DNA from: an uncultured Nitrospiraceae bacterium
GTDB lineage: Bacteria; Nitrospirota; Nitrospiria; Nitrospirales; Nitrospiraceae
Assembly (NCBI GenBank): GCA_963846575.1
Contig: CAWJWJ010000001.1
Span: 800,001-864,000 of the forward strand
DNA: 64,000 bases
Reading direction: 5' to 3'
Shown: positions 29,480-37,985 of the stretch, one piece after another
Position numbering within the stretch: the first letter of the stretch is position 1
How the letters are laid out: each line of letters starts with the position of its first letter
Notes under the pieces: model-generated
Database searches by the model: none
The model's input: only the letters and a program-made list of their open reading frames with translations
What the model was told of the DNA's origin: nothing
Translations under genes and position numbers: made by a program

Positions 29480-31249
29480 TTACAATGCCGCCAGGGCCTG
29501 ATGGATCGCCTGGTAGAGCTGATCTACAGCCACTTCTTTGTTGAGGAATGCCGCGGCCCCGGCCTCTCTCATCGCAGCTTCCACCTGCCCAGCGGTGTGT
29601 ACCGACAGTCCGATCACCACCATCGCTGGATATTTTCGCTTGATGAGTCGAGTGGCCTCGATCCCGTCTAGTTTGGGCATCGTGATATCCATCAGAACCA
29701 CATCGGGCTCAAGCTGGTGGGCCAGCGCTACCGCTTCTTCTCCATTTGCCGCCTCTCCTATGACATGAATTTCGGTGTACTCTTTTAAGAGCCCGCAGAG
29801 GCCCTGACGCACCATGGCGTGATCATCGGCCACAAGGACTCTGATTGTTGTTCCGTTAGCATTCTTTGCCGGTTGAACCCGTACCGCCGCACCATGATCG
29901 TTCCCGTTGTTCGTGGCGACGTGTCTGTGAGCCAGGAATGGCTCGTTCGGTCTCACCTCAGGTTCTTCCATGGTCGGGGAGGATGATGGGCCGACCCTGG
30001 GCGTGATCGGTACAACCAGCGTTGCCAATGTGCCTTTTCCAGGGCCTGTCTGAATCTCGAACCGGCCGCCTAGTGATAGCATTCGTTCTCTGGTGCTGAA
30101 CAGGCCAAAGCCCGGAGCAGTCATGTCTGAGCGAGCTCGAAGTGCCACTGCGGACAGATCAAACCCTTTGCCTTGGTCGGACACAGTAATGCGTAACCAT
30201 CCGCTCATTTCTTCGACAACAACCGCCGCCTCACGGACTTGGGCATGTTTCGCGCAGTTGATCAGCAGTTCACGAGTTGATTGAAACAACAGCAATGCGA
30301 GTTCTTCAGGCAATGGCGGAAAATCTGGCTTTATTTCAAGCACGACAGCCAGGTTCCGCTGGTGCATTTGTTCAGCGAGCCATTGCAAGGCCATTGGCAG
30401 GCCGAACTCATGAAGGATAGGGGGGCTGAGTTGGGATATGAGGGTTCGTGTATAGGCCAGGGCATTATCCGTGACGTCGAGTACCTCGGCGAGAATTTTA
30501 GCCAGAGGGGGGGGCATTGATTGTTGTCTAGCCTGGCCCAGCTTCATGCGACTGAGTGCGAGAAGCTGCCCAAGGTAGTCGTGAAGATCGGTGGCGAGAC
30601 GCTGGCGCTCTCGTTGCTCCGTCAAGTTCAACTCTGCCGCCAAGGCTCGCAGTTGTTCCTGGGACTGCGTCAATTCCCGCGTTCGTTCCTCGACCCGCCT
30701 CGTGAGGTCACTATTCGCCTTTCGCACGCGCTCTTCACTGTCGTGCAACGAGCGTACGAGATGGGCATTTTGAATGGCAATTGCCGCTTGGGTGGCGGCG
30801 ACGTTGAGAATGAGGTGGGCAGAGGGGGTGGGTGGCCGTTCCTTGGGAAAAGCGGCGGCAATGACGCCCCATTCTGACTCATGCCCTAGCGATCGTGCGG
30901 TTACTTGCAGAGTCGAGGCGTTGGGGGGGTGTGGCAGAGTCAGGAGTTCGTCCGGATCGTGAGCGCGGCTCCAGTCATACAGTACCCGTCCGTGCGATTC
31001 AGCGAGTGACGGGCTTGTTTGATACCGATCGATTTGAGCGACCGAAATGGACGAACGGCCTTGACGTTCCGTGAAATATACATAGACAAACACCGCATCG
31101 AGAGTTGCGAAAATGGCGGCAGCCAGGCTTTCAGCAATCCGGACGGGATCGGCGCCTGACCAGACTGCTGGCAGCGTCGAAAGGGCTACAATATCACGCA
31201 GACATTGCTGCGCCTCTTGCGCGCTCGTGTTTTGAAACTCCGAGGACAT
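29480..31249 (-). CDS. GAF-like/HisKA_3 (NarX-type) histidine kinase fused to a receiver domain
   Basis: ERQRLATDLHDYLGQ H-box, ELLINCAKHA, DQGKGF, GFGL; C-terminal VLVADDH…MDITMP…LNK. Confidence 0.9.
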   Translation of the reverse strand: MSSEFQNTSAQEAQQCLRDIVALSTLPAVWSGADPVRIAESLAAAIFATLDAVFVYVYFTERQGRSSISVAQIDRYQTSPSLAESHGRVLYDWSRAHDPDELLTLPHPPNASTLQVTARSLGHESEWGVIAAAFPKERPPTPSAHLILNVAATQAAIAIQNAHLVRSLHDSEERVRKANSDLTRRVEERTRELTQSQEQLRALAAELNLTEQRERQRLATDLHDYLGQLLALSRMKLGQARQQSMPPPLAKILAEVLDVTDNALAYTRTLISQLSPPILHEFGLPMALQWLAEQMHQRNLAVVLEIKPDFPPLPEELALLLFQSTRELLINCAKHAQVREAAVVVEEMSGWLRITVSDQGKGFDLSAVALRARSDMTAPGFGLFSTRERMLSLGGRFEIQTGPGKGTLATLVVPITPRVGPSSSPTMEEPEVRPNEPFLAHRHVATNNGNDHGAAVRVQPAKNANGTTIRVLVADDHAMVRQGLCGLLKEYTEIHVIGEAANGEEAVALAHQLEPDVVLMDITMPKLDGIEATRLIKRKYPAMVVIGLSVHTAGQVEAAMREAGAAAFLNKEVAVDQLYQAIHQALAAL

Positions 31250-31315
31250 CGCTATCCGTGAGTCATGGCGACCCTTCTTCTTCTTTTAAAAGCCAGAACC
31301 CAATTCCATGCAGTT

Positions 31316-31957
31316 TCAGACTGCGGCTGCGGTATTTTTTCGCTGTTTCAGTTCCTTGAGGAACACATCGGGCTCGACATACAGCGGATTTTCCTGCAGC
31401 ACACCGCCGATCAGTACCATTGGGTGTGTGCGTAGAATATCCATGACGACGCTGCCACTATGTTTATTGAGGTCGTATACGCAGATGACTGGATCGGGGT
31501 ATTTCGGCAACACATAATTGAGTTTCGTCTCATACTCGACGATATCGGTGACTCCAGGCGCAGTTTCCAGAGCCCATTCCATATTACCCATCAGCCGTGT
31601 CAGCTTGTATTTCCCGCGATTAGCCTCCAGCACGCCCTCCAGGATATGAGTCATTCGTTCACCGTCGAAATAGCCATCCTTGAGATAGGCGTCTTCCCAA
31701 TGGCGGACTTCAAGCTGACCGCTCTGTTGCGCCGCATCCACATCGATGCCGGCTCCGCGGCAGGCTCGCATATGATCATCGTGGAGCCGAGCATCGACGA
31801 TATGGAATATCTTTTCCTCTCGGTCGATACCATCCTTGAAGAACGGCATAAGGACCTTGTTTTGATCCTCACGCGAATTGAAGAACGCGCAGATATGCCG
31901 CGTTTCCTTCAATGTCCGTCCCGCAAACCGCATGGGAGTTGTCGCGACAGCATTCAT
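31316..31957 (-). CDS. Stand-alone MEDS sensory domain protein
   Basis: RHICAFF, WEDAYL, RLMGNMEW, YE..LN, ICVYDL, LRTHP. Confidence 0.85.
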   Translation of the reverse strand: MNAVATTPMRFAGRTLKETRHICAFFNSREDQNKVLMPFFKDGIDREEKIFHIVDARLHDDHMRACRGAGIDVDAAQQSGQLEVRHWEDAYLKDGYFDGERMTHILEGVLEANRGKYKLTRLMGNMEWALETAPGVTDIVEYETKLNYVLPKYPDPVICVYDLNKHSGSVVMDILRTHPMVLIGGVLQENPLYVEPDVFLKELKQRKNTAAAV

Positions 31958-32063
31958 TTGAGTGCTCCCTTCTCGACGCCCCGTCGGGGCCATAAGCTGA
32001 ATTCCACTCATACAGTTGCATTAACAGCGAGATACTGTACATAAGATCCTGGGCTCGTTAGAG

Positions 32064-32079
32064 CTAGGGAGTTCCCTAG
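32064..32079. promoter_or_regulatory. Perfect 7-2-7 inverted repeat, candidate regulator binding site
   Basis: CTAGGGA-GT-TCCCTAG upstream of the MEDS/kinase pair. Confidence 0.45.
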
Positions 32080-32603
32080 TCTTTCCTCCAGGCCTAAGAG
32101 GTTCACCTGGCACGCAGGCAGGGCACGCCCAGGTGGACGCATCCAGCAGGAACGGGCATGGCTTTTCATACCCGATCCAGACCGCCCAAGATGTGAGCAG
32201 ACTTCGAAGTCGAGGTTAGGCGCTCCGATTCATTCGTGGATCTTGAGTTTTTGACTAGGTGTGGTAGGGAAGTGTCAATTGCCTCAATGAGTACAGCGCT
32301 TCCCCTTCTATGGCAGCGAATGAAAGATTTTGGCATCAAGTGCGCCCTCGGCATGAGCAGCGATACCCAGTCCATGCTCGCGAAATTCTGTACGTGGGCG
32401 ACGGCCCATTGCGAATGTCATGCGCTGGCGCTACATATCAACCGTACAACCAGCCCGGACATGCGCTTACTGAGAGACAGCCTTATACTTTGCAAGCAAG
32501 GGGCCTCTAGCGGAGAGATAGGGTCGATTGTCAGAGGGACCCGGTGACTGTCTGGCGACCGGCGTATGGAAATGATCCAGAACAAAGGAGGATTGCTACA
32601 ACT

Positions 32604-33848
32604 ATGAGCAGCTTATCGCGGAGACGTTTCTTGCAATTGTCGGCCATAACGGGGGGAGCCCTCATTTTTAGTGATCTAGCCAGCCAGGTAGTTGGTCTCA
32701 CAGGGACGGGGTCGACTGCCTCTGCGGCGGAGCCGATCAAGGTCGGCATTCTCGATCCGCTCTCGAGTCCCTACAAGACGTCCTCGATCCACGATGTTCA
32801 TGGGGCGAATGTGGCCGTGGACCTCTTCAACAAAAGGGGCGGTGTATTGGGACGACCGGTGGTGATACTCGAGGCTGATGATGCATCCAATCCCGAGACT
32901 GCGCTCAAAGCCGCGACGAAGTTCGTAAAGGAGGATCGTGTCGATGTCCTAATGGGCACGTTTAACGCCGATTGTGCGCTTGTGGTATCTGACTATGCGA
33001 GGAAGGAAAATAAGTTGTTCATGGTCACGGGCTCTCATCTCCCCGAATTGAGCGGGGCGGCCTGCAATTCACACACCTTCGTATTCATGCCGAATGCGTC
33101 GATGCTGGCACAGGCAGTCGTTCCACAACTAGTAAAGGCGTATGGAAACCGCTGGTATATGCTCACCACTGATTCGCTCGATGGGAAAGCCAGCGCGCAG
33201 GCTATGGTCACTGTTGCCGGGACTCATGGAGTTGACCTCGTGGGGGAAACCCTGATGCCATTCGGCTCCACGGACTTTACCTCGGCGTTGACGGCCGCAA
33301 AAGACCGACAGCCCACGCTCGTTGTGCTCAATCTCTATGGTTGGGACTTAGTTCACGCCCTCAAGGCCTATACCAAGATGGAATTGGCGAAGGACAAAAT
33401 CGGTGTCGGAGGTCTACTCAGCGGCGAGCAAATTGGTCGTCCGTTGGGTTACCCGAATAACGCGGGAATCTGGGGACTAATCTGGGATCCTAAGGTCAAC
33501 ACGGATGGATCTAGGCGGTTTATTCAAAGCGTCGTCGATAAGTATAACCATACGCCGACGTCGCGTTGCTACCTCGGCTATGCTGCGATGACTCAGATAT
33601 TGGAAGCGATTCAGCGAGCGGGCAGTACCGATCCTGGCGCATTGATCAAGGCGCTGGAAGGACACGAATTCGACGGGTTGAAAGAAGGACGGTCATATTT
33701 CCGAGGCTCTGACCATCAGCATATGCAGGATGTATTGGTGGGGCAAGCCTACGGAAAAGAACTGGGTCTTGGGCACTACAAAATCCTGGAGACGGTTTCA
33801 TTCGCCTCTGCCGCGCCGGCTGGTGCAGCGGGTGCCTGCCGGCTGTAA
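32604..33848 (+). CDS. Tat-exported ABC-type substrate-binding protein (LivJ/branched-chain family)
   Basis: AGGAGG RBS, SRRRFLQ twin-arginine signal, IKVGILDPLS, GGVLGRPV, ALEG. Confidence 0.88.
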   Translation: MSSLSRRRFLQLSAITGGALIFSDLASQVVGLTGTGSTASAAEPIKVGILDPLSSPYKTSSIHDVHGANVAVDLFNKRGGVLGRPVVILEADDASNPETALKAATKFVKEDRVDVLMGTFNADCALVVSDYARKENKLFMVTGSHLPELSGAACNSHTFVFMPNASMLAQAVVPQLVKAYGNRWYMLTTDSLDGKASAQAMVTVAGTHGVDLVGETLMPFGSTDFTSALTAAKDRQPTLVVLNLYGWDLVHALKAYTKMELAKDKIGVGGLLSGEQIGRPLGYPNNAGIWGLIWDPKVNTDGSRRFIQSVVDKYNHTPTSRCYLGYAAMTQILEAIQRAGSTDPGALIKALEGHEFDGLKEGRSYFRGSDHQHMQDVLVGQAYGKELGLGHYKILETVSFASAAPAGAAGACRL

Positions 33849-33896
33849 CTCCGGGATCAGGAACAGCTCCGCGCGTGATTCTACCGGAAGCTGACT

Positions 33897-35444
33897 TCAG
33901 CGCGAGGAACTGAGGGCTGCGAAGCGAGCAGGGTCTTGCGACGTCTCCCCGGCGGAGGCGACCGCAGGGCTCTGCACGATGACTAACTCCAGCCGTCGAT
34001 TTTTCTGACGGCCCTGTTCCGTGGCATTAGAGGCGAGCGGCCGTGAATCGGCCATACCGATGGCCTTGGTTCTGTCAGGGGGTATCCCGCCGTTGATTAA
34101 GGCACGCCGGGCATTTTCAGCGCGAGCCCAGGAGAGCGCTTTATTATCGGGAAATGTCTTTTGAAGCGCCTTGCTGATCGCTTGGTTGTCCGTATGACCT
34201 GTTACCTGCACAAACCTGTCAGGAACCTGCCCCAAGACAGTACCGATCCGCTTGAGCATGGTCAGGGCATCAGGGGTAAGCGTGGCATCGCCGGAATTGA
34301 ACATCCAGTTGGACGCCAAGGCCACTAGTAACCGGTTCCCGTCCTGCCTCACGCCAATCAGTTTGCGGCCTCCCTCATCCGGCAAAACCTGGAGGACTTC
34401 CGCTTTCATGGCGGCGAAGCTTCCATCGCGAGCAGCTGCTTGGGCTGATATGGTTGGTGCCAAAGCTCCCGTGCTCTCGTCTCTGTTTCCGGACGGAGCC
34501 GTTTTGCCAGATGGCCTTTGTTTCGCGTTTGAGCCAGATGACTGCTTGGATGAGGCAAAGTCTTTCGTGCGAGGCGCCACAGGCGCGCGTTCGGCAGACG
34601 AAACGGCTGGTTGACTGTTTGAGGCGGCTCTGTCCTGAGCGGATTTTTGTCGAGCCGAAACATCGCGCGCCTTTTCACTGACCTGCTGCTCGAGGGCGGC
34701 GATGCGGTGTCGTGCCTGGTAGACCTCGGCGATCATGGCATTGTATTGAGGGATCAACTTCTCGCGCTCGACGAGCCGTGTGCGAACGGCCTCATACGCT
34801 TGATCCCGTTCCTTCAGGCGTTGATCGAGCGTGACGGCTCGTGCCTTTAAGGAGCCAATTGTCGTGGTTGCGGCCTGCAGCTGAGCCGCCAGGCTGTCTC
34901 GTTCTGCCGTGCCTGTCCGGGTTGCACGCAGATCGGAGTCCAGCCGGATGATGTTCGCTTCCATTTCACTGATCCGGCGGCGTGCCAGCTCGAGGTCCGC
35001 GACGACGGCCGCATGCGTTTGAAGTGCGGCCATGTCCTTTTCTCGCGTGGCTGCCTGTTGCTCCAGTGCCGCGATGCGTTGACGCGCCTGATGTAATTCG
35101 CTGGTGGTGACCGCGACCTGGCCGGTTAGTCGGTCTCGTTCCGGTCCCAATTTTTTCAACTCAGCGAGCTCGGCATCTTTGGCACTGAGCAGTTGCTCGT
35201 AGGACGTAGTGGCCACGCGCTCCTCGCGATCTCCCAATTTGCTCTCCAAGTCGCGAATGCGGTCATGAAATTCGCCGAGTGTGGCAAGCAATTGGTTTCG
35301 CTCCTGTTGAAGAGCCTGGAGCTGCACTTCCGCCGGCGAGGGACTCGATGAGTTCGATGCAATTGGTTGAACCCGCGGAGTCGTGGTTTCACATCCTACA
35401 GCGAGGGAACTGAGTAGAATGAGCGTCCGTGCAGCTCGTTTCAT
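33897..35444 (-). CDS. Lipoprotein with long coiled coil and OmpA/MotB-like C-terminal domain
   Basis: Lipobox LAVGC, heptad-rich middle, GHTDN, LSWARA, NRRLEL. Confidence 0.85.
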   Translation of the reverse strand: MKRAARTLILLSSLAVGCETTTPRVQPIASNSSSPSPAEVQLQALQQERNQLLATLGEFHDRIRDLESKLGDREERVATTSYEQLLSAKDAELAELKKLGPERDRLTGQVAVTTSELHQARQRIAALEQQAATREKDMAALQTHAAVVADLELARRRISEMEANIIRLDSDLRATRTGTAERDSLAAQLQAATTTIGSLKARAVTLDQRLKERDQAYEAVRTRLVEREKLIPQYNAMIAEVYQARHRIAALEQQVSEKARDVSARQKSAQDRAASNSQPAVSSAERAPVAPRTKDFASSKQSSGSNAKQRPSGKTAPSGNRDESTGALAPTISAQAAARDGSFAAMKAEVLQVLPDEGGRKLIGVRQDGNRLLVALASNWMFNSGDATLTPDALTMLKRIGTVLGQVPDRFVQVTGHTDNQAISKALQKTFPDNKALSWARAENARRALINGGIPPDRTKAIGMADSRPLASNATEQGRQKNRRLELVIVQSPAVASAGETSQDPARFAALSSSR

Positions 35445-35615
35445 AAGAGCGCTCCTTGTAGCTGGTGGCGAGATAGCCTGGATCGTAGGAGGCCGGTCGT
35501 AGGGCGAAAGCCGTGGCGGGCTGCAGGTGGAGACGACTGAAGCCAAGCTGACAGAAGAGGATCAGCCGGTCTGAACATGCGTGCCTAGTGTCGGTGGTTA
35601 AAGAAATGCACGCCC

Positions 35616-35648
35616 CAAGAACACGCCAGGCACTCTAGCGTGTTCTTG
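35616..35648. terminator. 11-bp inverted repeat between the two OmpA-family genes
   Basis: CAAGAACACGC-N11-GCGTGTTCTTG. Confidence 0.45.
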
Positions 35649-35685
35649 AGAATGATGCAAGCCGCACCGAGCGGATGCCCGATGG

Positions 35686-37002
35686 TCAGTGGCCGACGAC
35701 GATTTCGACACGGCGATTCTTCTGTCGCCCCTCGGGTGTCGAGTTGCTGGCAATGGGCCGGCTATCGGCATGTCCCTTCGTCTCGATTTTGTCGGAGGTC
35801 ATGCCGCCTTCAATCAGGGCTTGGCGAGCACTTTCGGCACGAGCTTGAGAGAGCTCGAGATTGGTCGGGAACCTTTTTGCCAACCGGCCCCTGATGGGAA
35901 CATTGTCGGCGTGACCCGCCACATGAATCGCACGATTCGGGTATTGCTTCAGTACCCCCCCGATGCGACGCAAGACGTCCACGCCTCCGGGTTTGAGCGT
36001 AGGTTCTCCGGAGTCGAACAGCAAGGTAGTGGCCAGGCCGAGTGTGAGCTGGTCGCCCAGCTGTTTCATGGTGACGTTGCCTTTGGCGACTTCGGACTGA
36101 AGGAGTTTCGACAGGTCATCCTTGGCCTCGGCGAGGCTGGTATTTTGTTGTTCCAGCGCTTGTTTGAGACCGGCCATCTCTTGATCTCTTCGTGTAATCT
36201 CGCTGTCCAGATCCGAGGACCGCTGTTTTGCAGCGGCCAGTTCTGCGATGAGTCGTTCACGATCCCCGGCGGTGCTTTTCAAGCCCGCAAGTTCGTGATC
36301 CCGGTTGGTTAATTGCCGTTCCAAATCAGCGACGCGTTGCTTCGCTTGCGAGAGTTCGGATGAAAGGCGATCTCGATCGCCGGCGTTGCTCTGGAGCGCT
36401 GCGAGCTGTTGATCCTTCGAGGAGAGCTGTTCCTGCGCTGAGGTCAGCTCTGCAGCGAGACGGTCCTTGTCCCCCGCGCTGTTTTTAAGGGCCGTAATTT
36501 CGCTCTCTTTCGAGGACAGTTGCGCCTGCAAGGCAGCTATTTCGCCCGCCAGACGGTCCTTCTCTGCGGCACTTGCGCGCAAAGTCGCGAGTTCTTGCTG
36601 CTTGGCTGAGAGCTGCCGTTGGGCATCGGACAACTGACTCGCCAGGCCCTCCTTGTCCGCCGATACGGCGCGGAGGGCGGTCAACTCCCGATCACGCTGA
36701 CTGAGTTGGGACTCGAGCTCGCTGGCTCGGGATTTGGCCTGGTCCACCTCGCCCGTGAGGGAGGCGCGCACTCGGGCGAGTTCCGCGTCGAGTTCCTCGT
36801 TCCGGCGTTGCAAATCGGCGAGCTTTTGTTGCAGCTCGGCGATCGTGTTGTCTCGGGGATCCTGCTTTGGGGGAATCGGCCGAGCCAGCGCTTTCATTTC
36901 GTTCAAGACCCGGCTCGCACTGTCGTTCGGCGCCGGACTGGTGGTGCAAGAAGCCGTAAGCAGGACACCCAGTACTAGAGCGATGGTGCGAACGTTTGTC
37001 AT
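35686..37002 (-). CDS. Lipoprotein with tandem coiled-coil repeats and OmpA/MotB-like domain
   Basis: AGGAGG RBS, lipobox LTASC, 31/38-aa repeats, GHADN, NLELSQARA, NRRVEI. Confidence 0.87.
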   Translation of the reverse strand: MTNVRTIALVLGVLLTASCTTSPAPNDSASRVLNEMKALARPIPPKQDPRDNTIAELQQKLADLQRRNEELDAELARVRASLTGEVDQAKSRASELESQLSQRDRELTALRAVSADKEGLASQLSDAQRQLSAKQQELATLRASAAEKDRLAGEIAALQAQLSSKESEITALKNSAGDKDRLAAELTSAQEQLSSKDQQLAALQSNAGDRDRLSSELSQAKQRVADLERQLTNRDHELAGLKSTAGDRERLIAELAAAKQRSSDLDSEITRRDQEMAGLKQALEQQNTSLAEAKDDLSKLLQSEVAKGNVTMKQLGDQLTLGLATTLLFDSGEPTLKPGGVDVLRRIGGVLKQYPNRAIHVAGHADNVPIRGRLAKRFPTNLELSQARAESARQALIEGGMTSDKIETKGHADSRPIASNSTPEGRQKNRRVEIVVGH

Positions 37003-37077
37003 TGAATCCTCCTTCCCAAAGCATTGATGCCGCTGAAGAGGTCCAAGCGGCCAAGCCATTGTAAGAGTCGCGATAAT

Positions 37078-37503
37078 TTAGCGACGGGATGTTTTCAAGA
37101 GATCCCGAATCTCCGTGAGCAGCACCTCTTCTTTCGGCGGGGCAGGAGGTGGGCCCGGAACGGTAGTTTTTTTGAATCGGTTCATTTGTTTGACCACGAG
37201 AAAGATGATGACGGCCAGAATCGTAAAGTCTAAGACGGTTTGAACGAAAACGCCGTAGTTGATAGTGGCCGCTCCCGCCGCCTTGGCGGCCGCAAGTGAT
37301 TTTCCAACGCCTTCCTCAGTGAGTGGGATAAACAAACTGGAAAAGTCGACGTGCCCCAGCAGGAGTCCAATCGGTGGCATGAGAATGTCACTCACGATGG
37401 AGGACACGATCTTTCCGAATGCGCCCCCGATAATGACCCCCACCGCCATATCCAGTGCATTGCCTTTCACGGCAAACTCTTTGAACTCCCCCATCATGCT
37501 CAT
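37078..37503 (-). CDS. mscL: Large-conductance mechanosensitive channel
   Basis: [37 protein letters not shown]. Confidence 0.97.
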   Translation of the reverse strand: MSMMGEFKEFAVKGNALDMAVGVIIGGAFGKIVSSIVSDILMPPIGLLLGHVDFSSLFIPLTEEGVGKSLAAAKAAGAATINYGVFVQTVLDFTILAVIIFLVVKQMNRFKKTTVPGPPPAPPKEEVLLTEIRDLLKTSRR

Positions 37504-37985
37504 CGCGACGCCTCCTCCTGTGAACCAGATCTAGATCAACTGATATCTCCCGCTGCTCTCTCATAATGCTTACGCTGCCTCCAGCAGGATCGAGAAGAGG
37601 CTACTTGGTCTCAACCTTCGGGGGCATGGTTGTGATGTCGAATGGTCCGACAATCTTCCTCATCAACTCATCCAGGTTCGATCGGAAGCTAGTGTCCCTC
37701 CTCCAGTCGCTGCTTGTAATCCGCCGACGAGTTGAGCCTGCATGAGCCGAGGCAGGCTCACCGATCGCCGCCGATCTGCCGCAACCGGAGGTGTTACACG
37801 CCGGACTTAGTCTCGAGGGTGGTGCGTACTTTCAAATCTGAACGGTGGTCGGTCCGAAATATGCGTAGGCAACTCATACAACCTCTTCGCAAAAAAGAAG
37901 TCAAGTTGGATTCTGCCCCTGCCGTCCCGAACGCCGAGCCTTCCGCTGGATACCCGAGGGGCAGCGATGGGAATGCTTTGCGGGA

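Noticed and set aside
32500..32590. CAGAGGGACCCGGTGAC…GGCGACC resembles part of a SAM-I riboswitch
   Set aside because: Lacks the AUCAAGAG/P1 element, the pseudoknot loop and the GGUGC..AUUCC segment
37504..37985. Possible sRNA or small ORF between asmA and mscL (hairpin TGAGCCTGC…GCAGGCTCA at 37733-37760)
   Set aside because: Only a single hairpin with no recognisable RNA family; insufficient support
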